Shown piece by piece: positions 10,285-20,723 of a stretch of DNA of 64,000 nt. Source of the DNA: an uncultured Bacteroidota bacterium (GTDB lineage: Bacteria > Bacteroidota > Ignavibacteria > Kryptoniales > JAKASW01). The notes under the pieces are model-generated. The model saw only the letters and a program-made list of their open reading frames with translations. It was not told where the DNA came from and did no database searches. Both the position numbers and the translations under genes were made by a program. Every line of letters begins with the position of its first letter. Position 1 is the stretch's first letter. Location: positions 859,168-923,167 of the forward strand of contig OY969888.1 in the NCBI GenBank assembly GCA_963704305.1, read 5' to 3'.

Positions 10285-10588
10285 GATTCACAAGCCGGCT
10301 CTTGGGTTCGATGCGCTTCCTTCTTTCAGGGGGAAGATCGCTTAAGCGATGCATTGGTTGACATGAATCCGCGAGAAAACTGAGTTACGCGGTGGTCATC
10401 AAAGACCACCGTATTCATGGATATTAGCTTGAGGCAGCATCAGTCTTTTTTATCATCGATGGACAAAAACAATCACGTATGTCATCGCAGCCAAAGAATC
10501 TAACGACTCAGGTCCGACATTGTCCAAATAGGAAAGTCTTACCCTACCAACCAATACGATCCTGCAGACGTGATCCCCTGCTCCGAAC

Positions 10589-11539
10589 CTAGGACAGTTT
10601 TGTTTGCGAAAAGAATTCAATCGCCTTTTGCAGGCCTTCAACAAAAGGATATTTAACTTGATAGTGCAAAAGATCTCGAGCTTTTTCAATAGACGCAAGC
10701 GAGTGCTTCACATCTCCAGGCCTTTGCTTTTGAATTATGGGCTGGACGTCTTTTCCCGTCAACTCATTGATCTTCTTTACCAAGTCAATAAGAGTTATTC
10801 GTTCTCCGCAGGCGATGTTAATAACACTACCGACAGCTTCAGCTGCATCACAGGCAAGAATGTTAGCCTCGACATTATTAGCAACATACGTAAAATCCCG
10901 GGACTGCAAACCATCTCCATAGATAACAGGCTGCTTCCCATTCGTTATGGCAGTAATAAATTTGGGAATAACAGCGCTATATTGAGATGACGGATCTTGA
11001 TTGGGACCAAAAACATTAAAGTATCGCAGGCACACTGTTTCCAAGCCGTATAAGTCGAAATACATTTGGCAATACCTTTCACCTGCATACTTTGTTAGCG
11101 CGTAAGGAGAAAGTGGACGAACGGCCATATCCTCTACTTTGGGCAGTTGCTCGCCGTCGCCATACACAGACGACGAGGAGGCATAAATCACCCTGCGGAC
11201 TTCAAATTCTTTGGCTGCTTCGAGCACATTTAGTGTGCCTACAATGTTTACTTCGTTGGTTGTAATGGGATCATTTATAGAACGGGGTACTGAAGGGAGT
11301 GCTCCCTGATGCAGAACAAAGTCAACGCCTTTAACTGCATCTCGGACAATATGGAAGCTCCGCAGGTCGCCCTCAATGAGATCAAAATTCTCTTCGTCTA
11401 TGAAGGGCTTGACATTCTCTCGTTTTCCCGTCGAAAAGTTATCAAGTACGCGCACCTTATGACCACGTCGCAACAATTCCGCCACTATGTTCGATCCGAT
11501 GAATCCTGCACCACCCGTCACTAGAAATGTCAAGCTCAT
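10589..11539 (-). CDS. SDR-family NAD-dependent nucleotide-sugar epimerase (WbpP/UDP-GlcNAc or UDP-GlcA 4-epimerase-like)
   Basis: 'FLVTGGAGFIGSNIV', 'LDNFSTGKRENV' and the 'YALTKYAGE' (YxxxK) catalytic motif. Confidence 0.85.
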   Translation of the reverse strand: MSLTFLVTGGAGFIGSNIVAELLRRGHKVRVLDNFSTGKRENVKPFIDEENFDLIEGDLRSFHIVRDAVKGVDFVLHQGALPSVPRSINDPITTNEVNIVGTLNVLEAAKEFEVRRVIYASSSSVYGDGEQLPKVEDMAVRPLSPYALTKYAGERYCQMYFDLYGLETVCLRYFNVFGPNQDPSSQYSAVIPKFITAITNGKQPVIYGDGLQSRDFTYVANNVEANILACDAAEAVGSVINIACGERITLIDLVKKINELTGKDVQPIIQKQRPGDVKHSLASIEKARDLLHYQVKYPFVEGLQKAIEFFSQTKLS

Positions 11540-11546
11540 GTCAGCT

Positions 11547-12671
11547 TTATTTTGTCTCCTGCACGATTTTCATGAACAACTGTGCTGCGTTTTTGAATGA
11601 GTGATAATCAGAAACATAGCGAACGAGTGCATCTCGACAGAACGCCGTGCAATCCAGACCGCCCCGGGCAATCTCCTCCAATTGTTCAAGATCCCCATGG
11701 CAGATAGCGCCCAACTTATTCTTTTCTATGACACCATCAGGATCAACGGAAAGTGAAATAACCGGAGTACCAACACTCCATGCTTCCAGGAAAGTATTTG
11801 GGAAGCCTTCAAACGGCGACGTACATATGAGAGCCTCAGAACTTGCAACATGGCTTATAGTTTCTTTATGGCTTAAGCGGCCAAAGACTTTAACATTGGA
11901 AAACTGTTGAAGTTGCCAGTAAAGTCCTTCTGCGCCTTTTCCTCTCGGCTGACCAATTACTTTGAATTTTTTGTTTTTCACAGTCTCTGCGACATTTACG
12001 AACTCCCCAAATCCTTTTCGGACGTCAAGCGAACCAACGTAAACATATCCCTCTCTTTTCGTGACAGAAACGTTCGAAAGAACGGACTCGATATCAATAA
12101 TATTCTGAAAGGTGAAAGCATGGATGTTTTTCTTCTGCAATTCCATCTTTTGCATTTCGTGCTGTACCAGAACAGCGTCTGCGTGCCGCAACAGAAACGG
12201 CGTGACCATTTCCGCTGGAAGAGCGCTCGCAACCCAGTTATACGGATGCATGCTCTTGAGATAATGATGGTTCAACCTTTCTGTGAAGCCGAGCACGTCC
12301 AGGTCAGATGCCACTGCGAAAAAGAATTTTGCGTTGACGACTCTTGCAGCAAGATAAGAGAGGAGATTAGAAAAACTTACCGTTCGCGTGTAATAAACAT
12401 CCGCTTGTTGGGCCTTTAAGACTTTAAAGAGCGTCGGAATCCGACGCGAGAACGTTCTGACCACGCGAATACCGAGGTTCCATCCGGGGACGGAAAAAAT
12501 CCTGATACCGTCATCGGTCTTGAAGTCTCGGCCGCTGTACGGATCAACAACAAAAACTTCCTCCCCAGCTCTTGCTAGAGCTGTGGCAAGCAACGCAACC
12601 TGCAACTCTCCTCCCCCTGGAGTTTTTCCAGATAGGGCACCACCAATATTGCCGAAGAAGCAAAACTTCAT
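11547..12671 (-). CDS. Glycosyltransferase family 4
   Basis: GT-B layout with a C-terminal 'SPFEGFPNTFLEAWSVGTPVIS' EX7E-type motif. Confidence 0.8.
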   Translation of the reverse strand: MKFCFFGNIGGALSGKTPGGGELQVALLATALARAGEEVFVVDPYSGRDFKTDDGIRIFSVPGWNLGIRVVRTFSRRIPTLFKVLKAQQADVYYTRTVSFSNLLSYLAARVVNAKFFFAVASDLDVLGFTERLNHHYLKSMHPYNWVASALPAEMVTPFLLRHADAVLVQHEMQKMELQKKNIHAFTFQNIIDIESVLSNVSVTKREGYVYVGSLDVRKGFGEFVNVAETVKNKKFKVIGQPRGKGAEGLYWQLQQFSNVKVFGRLSHKETISHVASSEALICTSPFEGFPNTFLEAWSVGTPVISLSVDPDGVIEKNKLGAICHGDLEQLEEIARGGLDCTAFCRDALVRYVSDYHSFKNAAQLFMKIVQETK

Positions 12672-12702
12672 AAGATCCTAAGATCGGAACCCTGCGCCTT
12701 AA

Positions 12703-14019
12703 TTACTCATTTGAAAGTATAACGGCCGAATGTGGTTTCATGTCAAACACCTGTTGGGTTTGCCAGCCGAGTTGCCCGCCTTTTTCTGTCACCCCTCCAA
12801 TTAAAGTCAGTACCTTCCTAGGAGTACCTAAATCAAATTTTACGTCATAGCCAAAAGGATTAACAAAAACTTCCACCGAATCAAACGATCTCCTGTACAC
12901 GCCCAAAGATGCGTTAAACGCCTGGTCTACATTGGTGAAGGTCTCTTTCGGATTCCCAAGAGGAAGAGAAAATTCGGGAAAATGATACAGTGTATCGTAA
13001 GAATAATGAAAACGATAATTATAATACGACTTTTCCGTCGCTCCTATCAAAAACGATCCGAGGCAAAATAGGCGCGCTTGTGTGTCATTTTGAATTCCCG
13101 TCGCCTGGCATAGCACGATCTTTCCCAGACTGTCCCCGACCATCATATCGTATACATTTGCCTTCCAATCCTCGACGGAAACGTATGCCGACGTATCGGT
13201 AGTCAACGAAAAGTGCAAAAACGCTTCGTTCATAGCTCCATCAAAAGGTGAGGCCGCAAAGATTTTGAAACCTGAATTACCGTATGACCACCACATCCCT
13301 AAATTTCCAATCAACGGTACATTTGCTCCAAGCCTCGATCTAATCCGCTTTGAGAAGTCTATCATGGCATTTACCCACTCAACATCGTCTTGTCCATCCA
13401 TGACACCGTCTCCATTAATATCAATCTGCAAATTCTTGGGCAAGTTGGCAAACTTCCAACAAATACTCGGGAGAACATTATCAGCAAAAATACCTTCTCT
13501 GTTCTGACTATTCTCAAGTACCAAAAAGGAATCCGCCAGTGCCGTGTAATACTGCGCCCAACCTTTAGATGTGGGGTCTATGTAATAGCTATCTCTGTAT
13601 TGACCAGTTGAATCATATGGCTTCCCGAAGCCCCATGCATATTCAATTCTAAACGGGAGGTTCTTATTAAACTCGCCTCCGATCGTTTTAAGCAAAAAGT
13701 CATTATGATGCTCAAGGACATCGTCTGTCCAAGGGCGACCAGGCTCAAGTTCGGTCATATCCAGGTAATGAAAAACTATCAACCCTTTATGTGCATCGAA
13801 AATCTTCTGAAGTCCCGTCGTTCTCAGAGGGTCATTTACGAGGACAGAGTAACCATCCAAAGAACCACTTTCTTGATCTGAGAGTCCGGCATAGTAAGCT
13901 ATATAAGTTTGTACAGAATGCACCTGTGCCAGACTAACCTTGACTTCCATTGCAATGAAGACACAAAGGACAGCGACTGCAGCTAACACGTGCCTATTTG
14001 GCTTAACCACAATCATCAT
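12703..14019 (-). CDS. Secreted hypothetical protein, possibly a TIM-barrel glycoside-hydrolase-like enzyme
   Basis: 438-aa ORF with signal peptide 'VLAAVAVLCVFIAMEV'. The family was not firmly recognised. The location suggests a glycan-processing role. Confidence 0.6.
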   Translation of the reverse strand: MMIVVKPNRHVLAAVAVLCVFIAMEVKVSLAQVHSVQTYIAYYAGLSDQESGSLDGYSVLVNDPLRTTGLQKIFDAHKGLIVFHYLDMTELEPGRPWTDDVLEHHNDFLLKTIGGEFNKNLPFRIEYAWGFGKPYDSTGQYRDSYYIDPTSKGWAQYYTALADSFLVLENSQNREGIFADNVLPSICWKFANLPKNLQIDINGDGVMDGQDDVEWVNAMIDFSKRIRSRLGANVPLIGNLGMWWSYGNSGFKIFAASPFDGAMNEAFLHFSLTTDTSAYVSVEDWKANVYDMMVGDSLGKIVLCQATGIQNDTQARLFCLGSFLIGATEKSYYNYRFHYSYDTLYHFPEFSLPLGNPKETFTNVDQAFNASLGVYRRSFDSVEVFVNPFGYDVKFDLGTPRKVLTLIGGVTEKGGQLGWQTQQVFDMKPHSAVILSNE

Positions 14020-14062
14020 ACCTCCTTACATGGATACATCAGTTTCTCCCTGAAGAGGATTT

Positions 14063-15088
14063 TCAACTTGTCCGAATGCCCCCTAAGAACAATTCCTGAG
14101 GGCAAGATTCTCCAGAACGGGATATCTCCAAAGCAGCCTCAGTTAACGAAATGCATGGAACCTTCATCTTTTCGAGAAACTCGAAAAAAACCTCGAGGAG
14201 AGAATATAGCGACTCTATTTCATGGTGGTCCCTTCTAAAAGGAGAACAACCTGCCATCAACTCGCTAGAATGAAACATCATCGTAATGAATTGTAAAGAA
14301 ACGTGCGTGGCTCTGCTGACAACCTCTTTAAACGAATCTGCGGTTTTCAATCTACCTGGAGAAAGCCAAAGAGGTTGTCCGCCGATGTACAATTTTCTGG
14401 CTATTCTCTTTACAAGCGATTCTTCCCACGAACAAAAACGTCTCATAAGCCGCTCGTTAGTAGAAAATGGCCATTTTGTCGGCAGAATCGTAACAGGAAC
14501 TTCGAAGAGTTTTCCGCCGCTGGTATTTATAGAATAATGATGAACCGGAAATCCTATGAAATTTGGACCGCCCTTTCCATTAGGCAACCCCTTATGCGCA
14601 AACCAATTAACGTATGGTGTAACAGACGAATCGACCAGGTATCCATTGTCGACCAAGAGCCGTGCACAGGTTTCATTGAAGCCAAACCTTCCTGAGCGAA
14701 ACGAAGTGGGGCGCACACCAAATGCATTTTCTATTTGATGCGTCAAGTTAGCTATTTTTTTAGCGAGAAACGGTTCAGCCAACTCGGTCGCAAACGCGTG
14801 ATGCCGATCATTGAAGCGAAGTCCTTCCGCATCTTCGAAGGGCGGTGTTGTCCACACATGCAAGTGCGCACCTATTTCAGCAGTCGCCTTCTCTAAGTAC
14901 TGCCTAAAGATACTGTTTGCAAACTCGTCTCCGCATATTTCTGATGTAACCAAGTACGTCGGCTTGACATGGTAATTTTCACACAGCTCCTGAAACCGTG
15001 GAACATGACGAATATTTTCAGTAGAAAGTGGGATTCCGTGATTCCATTGATTGTCCGCTTCCGTGTCTATTGTAAGGATGAACTTCAT
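14063..15088 (-). CDS. Polysaccharide deacetylase-like (WalW-type) protein
   Basis: 'MKFILTIDTEADNQW' N-terminus. The preferred start ATG at 15088 forms an ATGA overlap with the methyltransferase stop. The ORF track's longer start at 15136 is less likely. Confidence 0.7.
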   Translation of the reverse strand: MKFILTIDTEADNQWNHGIPLSTENIRHVPRFQELCENYHVKPTYLVTSEICGDEFANSIFRQYLEKATAEIGAHLHVWTTPPFEDAEGLRFNDRHHAFATELAEPFLAKKIANLTHQIENAFGVRPTSFRSGRFGFNETCARLLVDNGYLVDSSVTPYVNWFAHKGLPNGKGGPNFIGFPVHHYSINTSGGKLFEVPVTILPTKWPFSTNERLMRRFCSWEESLVKRIARKLYIGGQPLWLSPGRLKTADSFKEVVSRATHVSLQFITMMFHSSELMAGCSPFRRDHHEIESLYSLLEVFFEFLEKMKVPCISLTEAALEISRSGESCPQELFLGGIRTS

Positions 15089-15951
15089 GCCTGCCCGTAA
15101 GCAATGTGCGAAATTGAAGAAGTAAACGGGTACCATTTCATAAACAAGCGAAGAACTCCTTGCGTCCTCGTAATCTCTACCATGTGTGCAATTGATCTCT
15201 TTACTGCTGAAGCGATTTGCATGGTCTGAAGTTTAAAAGAATTGTACGGCTCGATATTGTAGCCCCTTTTCTGTAAGTGAGAGAGAATCATATACTTGTT
15301 GACGAGTCTAAGTTTCGTATCAAAATATTCAAGGCTAAGGTGCCTGATTTTCACAATGAACCGGGCAAGGATCCTCGGCATACAAGGCAACCACCAGATA
15401 CAGTGATGAGGTCCACGCCACCTCCATAGGTAATTCGGAGCCTGAACAACGAATGCACCATCCGGCTTAAGATATTCCAAAGAGCCATCGATGTATCCTC
15501 TATACTTGTCGACATGCTCAACTACCTGGTGGGAAAACACGACATCGAATTTTCGGTCTAACGCCTCCACCGCATTCTGTCCATCCAATGTTAGGAATTT
15601 TTCAGGATTGCCGCGATATAGTTTTGCTCTTTCTCTCGCGAGCTCAATTTCAGCAGCAAATATGTCAATCCCCCCGGCGTCGATAACTTGTCTCTGACAT
15701 TCGAGGACAGAACTGCTAAACCCACAGCCAACATCAGTGACTGAGGTTTTCTCATCCACAAAGCCGCGAGAACTCAGGGTCTTTCTGTTGTCATTCACAA
15801 ATTTTCTTTCATTGGACAAATCCACCTTGCTATCATAAACCTCTCTGATGCATTTATCAGAAGAAGAAGGAGTTATCCAAAGCCGACTCTTCCTGACAAT
15901 AGATAGGCCTTTCGCCATGAGTTTTCGATCACCTTGTAACGTGTGTGTCAT
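15085..15951 (-). CDS. Class I SAM-dependent methyltransferase
   Basis: Motif I 'VTDVGCGFSSSV' and 'FDVVFSHQVVEHV'. Confidence 0.8.
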   Translation of the reverse strand: MTHTLQGDRKLMAKGLSIVRKSRLWITPSSSDKCIREVYDSKVDLSNERKFVNDNRKTLSSRGFVDEKTSVTDVGCGFSSSVLECQRQVIDAGGIDIFAAEIELARERAKLYRGNPEKFLTLDGQNAVEALDRKFDVVFSHQVVEHVDKYRGYIDGSLEYLKPDGAFVVQAPNYLWRWRGPHHCIWWLPCMPRILARFIVKIRHLSLEYFDTKLRLVNKYMILSHLQKRGYNIEPYNSFKLQTMQIASAVKRSIAHMVEITRTQGVLRLFMKWYPFTSSISHIAYGQA

Positions 15952-17170
15952 CGAACAGAAACGAAGTCATCATTGAGCTGTACCTCAATGGATTGAAATG
16001 CTTGTCAACGGTATCATAGGCATTAGACAAGATGCGGTCAACGTCGGCATTATAGTTCATAATGATTTGGTGTAGCTTTGTGGAAATTGTCGCAGCATCC
16101 AAACGGTCTATGCAATACCCGTTTACGCCATCTCTGATGAATAGTGAATTGTCACTAACGTTTGAAATAAGCACGGGAACGCCAGACGCCATGTACTCGG
16201 CAAGCTTCGTTGAAAATCCATAATGCGTCATGGTATTGAGCGGCCTGGTCAATAATAATAGGTGCGCTTTACGTAACTCGCTTGGCACTTCAGTCTGATT
16301 CATAACGCCATGATAGAAGATGTTGGCGGCCACATCATATTTCGGAACCAGCTCTCTGAATATTTTTCTGCTGTCATACTCCGTGACGAGGCCATAAAGG
16401 TGCAGTTCAAAGTTTGCAAATCTATTTTTCAACTGTGAAATTGCCTCAAGCAAAACGTCCATTCCTTCCTTTCTTACCGAGACTTCGCCGGCAAAACACA
16501 TCCTGAAGATACCCCCATTTACGAGCGACGGACGGAATCCACTACTATCCGGACGCGGCTCAGAAAGGATAGGAATACGAACCATCACGGGATTATATCG
16601 AGAAAAATATTTCTCGAGATTTGTCGAGATGACCACCAGACCGTTATAGTATCTTGTAAGTTCCTCAACAAGTTTGTACTTCACGCGAGTGAACTCTCTT
16701 ATAACCGGCGAAGAAATGAACTGCGAAATCCCAAGATTCGAGATTCTGAGTTCATTGACATCACAGAATATTCTATAACCTTTGATCCAATGCACCAAGA
16801 AGAGCGCTCCAACATCCATCGAAGCTTCCGGCTGTGGATACAAATAGAAGACCTTTTCTCCCTCAATGTTTCGGACAATTGAAAGAACTATGGATAAATA
16901 GCGCATCACCAAAAGAAGACGGAAATAGCGGTTCACAATCCGGTATGGCACAGAACGTTTGCCTGCAAATTCTTCTCCAACAACGAAAATATTTGGAAGC
17001 ACTTCGCGAACATGTTTATAGTCTACATTCACTTCCAATTTCGAAGAACACAAATAGACCCTGCACCCTGCAGAAGCCAATGCTTTAGCAATATTCATCA
17101 TGCGAGACGAACCAGCACTGTTGCCGTTGTAGAGTTTGATGGTCGAAAGTATGAAAACGTTCTTTTTCAC
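15929..17170 (-). CDS. Glycosyltransferase family 4
   Basis: GTG start abuts the upstream stop. C-terminal 'FSTKLAEYMASGVPVLISNV' is a GT4 motif. Confidence 0.8.
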   Translation of the reverse strand: MKKNVFILSTIKLYNGNSAGSSRMMNIAKALASAGCRVYLCSSKLEVNVDYKHVREVLPNIFVVGEEFAGKRSVPYRIVNRYFRLLLVMRYLSIVLSIVRNIEGEKVFYLYPQPEASMDVGALFLVHWIKGYRIFCDVNELRISNLGISQFISSPVIREFTRVKYKLVEELTRYYNGLVVISTNLEKYFSRYNPVMVRIPILSEPRPDSSGFRPSLVNGGIFRMCFAGEVSVRKEGMDVLLEAISQLKNRFANFELHLYGLVTEYDSRKIFRELVPKYDVAANIFYHGVMNQTEVPSELRKAHLLLLTRPLNTMTHYGFSTKLAEYMASGVPVLISNVSDNSLFIRDGVNGYCIDRLDAATISTKLHQIIMNYNADVDRILSNAYDTVDKHFNPLRYSSMMTSFLFDDTHVTR

Positions 17171-18196
17171 TTACCTGACTGCCGAGGACACCCCGGGAAG
17201 AAATGACGCACTCTTTTCAATATTCTCCCAATTATCACGGAACCATTGGATCGTGTTTTTCAAACCGTCTTCGAATTTCATGCTCGGCTCATAGCCCAGT
17301 ACCTTCCGCGCTTTGTCGCAAGAAGCAAGGAGCCGGCTCTTCGTGTCCCACTTCCTTTTTCCGGCAATGACAGTCCCTGCCTTGTTGCATGTCAGGTTAT
17401 TAATCATTTCAGCCAGATCTCCAATACGAATCTCTCTTTCGGATGCGAGGTTCATCTCGTTGCCGATCGCTTCTTCGAAATAACCCGCTCTTAACAAGCC
17501 ATCCACCAAATCGCCGACATATGCGAAGTCCCTTGTCGCATCTGGGTTGCCCGTTATCGGGAGGGGTTGACCTTTCATCGCCCAGTAAATGAAGTTCGGA
17601 ATCACGTTGCGATACTGCCCCGGCACTTCACCTGGACCGTAGGAATTGAAGAATCGAGTCTTGACAACCTTCAACCCGTAGTTGTGGTGGAAGAAGTTTG
17701 CATATAGCTCACCAAGCATTTTCGTAATCTGGTAAGGGGACGTAAGGTGCAATGACATGAACTCTTCTTTCAGAGGAAGAGGAGCCTGACTTCCATAGAT
17801 AGAGCAGCCCGAAGAAGCGTAGACTATTCGACTTGGATTAGTCAATACGGAGTACTCAAAGACCTTTAATGTCCCAAAACCGTTTGTTTCAAGATCTCTC
17901 TCCGGGTAATCCACTGAGTTCTGATTAGCAAAGAATGCCGCCAAATGGTAAACCACATCTGGCTTCTCATTGAACACCCTCTTCAAGTCGGTGTCATTCG
18001 ACACGGATCCTTTTACCAGCATGACATTCTTAAACGGTGGCACATTCCACTCGTATCCGGCCACCATATTGTCGAGGATAATAACCAGCCTTGCATCGAG
18101 ACTCGCTAGTGCCCTTACTAAGTTAGTACCGATTGAGCCTGCTCCACCGGTCACAAGAATCGTCTTTCCCTTATAGTAGCTTTTGTAATCCTCCAT
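17171..18196 (-). CDS. SDR-family NAD-dependent epimerase/dehydratase (UDP-glucuronate decarboxylase/4,6-dehydratase-like)
   Basis: 'ILVTGGAGSIGTNLV' and 'SPYQITKMLGE' (YxxxK). Confidence 0.85.
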   Translation of the reverse strand: MEDYKSYYKGKTILVTGGAGSIGTNLVRALASLDARLVIILDNMVAGYEWNVPPFKNVMLVKGSVSNDTDLKRVFNEKPDVVYHLAAFFANQNSVDYPERDLETNGFGTLKVFEYSVLTNPSRIVYASSGCSIYGSQAPLPLKEEFMSLHLTSPYQITKMLGELYANFFHHNYGLKVVKTRFFNSYGPGEVPGQYRNVIPNFIYWAMKGQPLPITGNPDATRDFAYVGDLVDGLLRAGYFEEAIGNEMNLASEREIRIGDLAEMINNLTCNKAGTVIAGKRKWDTKSRLLASCDKARKVLGYEPSMKFEDGLKNTIQWFRDNWENIEKSASFLPGVSSAVR

Positions 18197-18256
18197 TACG
18201 TAATCCCTATTATTAGTTAGTATGTGTTTCTGTGCTGCCCTGAGTCAGCTCCGTTC

Positions 18257-19177
18257 TCAGACTTCGTAAACTTTCTTCATCCATTGCACATATCGCGTCA
18301 GACCTTCGCGAAGATCAACTGTTGCTTTATGATTCAAGTCGCGGCGTGATTTAGAGTAATCGACTATTTTTACCTTGGTCGTGAATCCTTCTTCCTTATG
18401 AAACTGAGCTAACGAAGGATCCGCCCCGGTGATCTCTATTACCATCCGCGCGAGAGTCGTAATATCAACGACCCATTTTTCATCGGAGCCAATGTTATAC
18501 ACCTCCCCGGGGATGAAGTTGTCCACGATATTCGAGAACGTGCGGCACGTATCCTCCACGAAATCAAAAATGCGCTTATGACTGCCATAGACTTTGAATG
18601 GCTTATTCAACAGGGAATGGTAGACAAAAATTGGGATGACACCTCTATAGGGGCTGTAATATTCGTGAGGACCATAACAGCCTACCGGGCGAACACGCAC
18701 GGTCTCAGTTCCGAACATCGCGGCGCTATTCAGACACTGGAGCTCACCGGCCCATTTGCTGATGGCGTAATCGTTCATTTGTTTGATTGGAATCTTTTCC
18801 ATAATGTCTTCGCTCATCACCCCGTCATAGTCGCCGTAAACCTCAGCGCTGCTGAAGAAGATCATCTTGAAGCGGTGAATCTCCTGCAGGCGCAGCATAT
18901 TTTTCGTGCCAACCACATTTGTCTTCCATAGATTTTGGTAGTGGTCTTCACCATTCCACCGCCCGTACTCTGCGGCAAGATGATAGACAAAATCAAACCT
19001 GTGCTTACGGAATAGCACTTCCATTTGCTGATACTCTGAACAATCTGCTTTGTAGTGCTGCGGATCATGATGCTGAATGATGTCGCACGTTATTACGTTA
19101 TGCCCTCTAGAGCGTAATTCATTGGTTAGGTTAGTTCCAATAAATCCTTTGCCACCAGTAACGAGTATTTCTGCCAT
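18257..19177 (-). CDS. SDR-family NAD-dependent epimerase/dehydratase
   Basis: 'ILVTGGKGFIGTNLTNEL' and 'NDYAISKWAGE' (YxxxK). Confidence 0.85.
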   Translation of the reverse strand: MAEILVTGGKGFIGTNLTNELRSRGHNVITCDIIQHHDPQHYKADCSEYQQMEVLFRKHRFDFVYHLAAEYGRWNGEDHYQNLWKTNVVGTKNMLRLQEIHRFKMIFFSSAEVYGDYDGVMSEDIMEKIPIKQMNDYAISKWAGELQCLNSAAMFGTETVRVRPVGCYGPHEYYSPYRGVIPIFVYHSLLNKPFKVYGSHKRIFDFVEDTCRTFSNIVDNFIPGEVYNIGSDEKWVVDITTLARMVIEITGADPSLAQFHKEEGFTTKVKIVDYSKSRRDLNHKATVDLREGLTRYVQWMKKVYEV

Positions 19178-19197
19178 GAAGTCCTCCTTAATGAATT

Positions 19198-19297
19198 CTA
19201 CTGTGGTTTCAGCGAAATTATATAGCCACGAGAAATAAGTTCTTTAACCGAATTAGTACCAACAAAGCCTGGTACCTGTTACTCACACTTCCTTCTT
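19198..19297 (-). pseudogene. About 30-codon remnant of an SDR epimerase N-terminus (stop plus frameshift)
   Basis: The minus strand reads KKEV*VTGT, then after a shift GFVGTNSVKELISRGYIISLKPQ*. This is a decayed copy of the 'VTGGxGFIGTNL..EL.SRG' Rossmann start, 20 nt upstream of the intact SDR gene start at 19177. Confidence 0.45.
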
Positions 19298-19414
19298 TAG
19301 ATCCGTGTCCTTGAGAAAGAGACTGTGTGAGAACCAATCTGTCAGAACGACAGTCTTCACACACTCTGGAACCCATAGGGTTAGCAAAAGTAATAAGAGT
19401 TAGAAGCGGATCAG

Positions 19415-20677
19415 TTACTGCACATGATATTTTAAGACATCTTCATAGATATTGATCACATCGGAGACAATTCTGTTTGGATCATGTCGTTTGAGCGCCC
19501 TCTCTCTTGCATTCTTGCCCAATTCCTTTGCCAAACCAGGATTATCTCTCATTTGCAAGATTGCACCTGTGAAGGCGTAAGGATCTCCGTCTTGAACCAG
19601 AAACCCGGTGATTCCATTTTCAATTGTTGTTTGCAAACCACCTGCACTTGAAGTCACAATCGGCATTCCAACCAGCATCGCTTCCTGCACTGCATTGCAT
19701 CCATTCTCGATATGAGAGCAGTAGACAAAAACATCCGAAGCAAGTAGTAATCCTGCAATTTGCTCGGCATTCTGATATCCCATAAGTTTGACTTTTCCCA
19801 GAATATCAGCTCTGCGAAAGCGCCTTGTCATTATTCTGGCGATTTCGTCCTTCTCCGATACGCCGGCAACACGCCACTCAAATTGCATGTCGCTTTTTGA
19901 CAATAGATAGGCAGCGTCATAAATGGTCTCAATGCCCTTATATATGTTTCCCCGTAAAGTTGTAAAAAGAGAAAGGACCTCCGCGCGTTTCTTATGCCAT
20001 ATAACCGAATAATACTCTTTCCGAAGAATCTCATCGCAGTGATAATACTTCGAATTTGGCGATAGACAAAGGGATACACGCCTGTCCCAGTCAGTGCGCC
20101 CCATCAAGTACCTACAGTGAGTGAGGATAGCTTGCTCCCGCTTAGATTTCTTTTTCATTAGCAGGTACTCATGCAGAAATCCGCGGCCCTTAATTAAATC
20201 ACGCAGGCGGGAATTCCTTAGAACATCGAGCGGCGAGACTCCGATGAACCATTTCTTTTCAATGACGTTGATATTACCCTGAAAGTGAATTATCACCGGT
20301 ATGCGGACACTGGGAATAATCAGACCAAACGGTCCTTCTGTGCCAAAGATATGGATAATATCGGGCTTGAATTTTCGAACGACATCTAAATAAGGATCAA
20401 CAACGTCGATTGAATCAATTCTGTGAGTGAGTCGGTCGATCAGGCCGCTCAACCTCCTCTTGTTCGCATGCGGGGGAATAGCAAAGTAGCTTGTCTTATT
20501 AGCGACAATATCCTTACCCTCTGACGATGAAGAATGGAAACAAACACCTAATTCGATTTCTCCACGCTGAGAGATTTTCTCTTCCAAAGCCTCAATCCAG
20601 CCGCCAGTCCCACCGGAGGGGTTATCGAATTGACTCCTTCTCAATACCGGCGTATTTGTAAACCAAAGAACTCTCAC
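19415..20677 (-). CDS. Glycosyltransferase family 4
   Basis: C-terminal 'ENGCNAVQEAMLVGMPIVTSSAGG' is an EX7E-type motif. Confidence 0.8.
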   Translation of the reverse strand: MRVLWFTNTPVLRRSQFDNPSGGTGGWIEALEEKISQRGEIELGVCFHSSSSEGKDIVANKTSYFAIPPHANKRRLSGLIDRLTHRIDSIDVVDPYLDVVRKFKPDIIHIFGTEGPFGLIIPSVRIPVIIHFQGNINVIEKKWFIGVSPLDVLRNSRLRDLIKGRGFLHEYLLMKKKSKREQAILTHCRYLMGRTDWDRRVSLCLSPNSKYYHCDEILRKEYYSVIWHKKRAEVLSLFTTLRGNIYKGIETIYDAAYLLSKSDMQFEWRVAGVSEKDEIARIMTRRFRRADILGKVKLMGYQNAEQIAGLLLASDVFVYCSHIENGCNAVQEAMLVGMPIVTSSAGGLQTTIENGITGFLVQDGDPYAFTGAILQMRDNPGLAKELGKNARERALKRHDPNRIVSDVINIYEDVLKYHVQ

Positions 20678-20723
20678 AATCTATTTTGCCCTGCGTAAAA
20701 GAAAACCACTGGAATCACTCATA

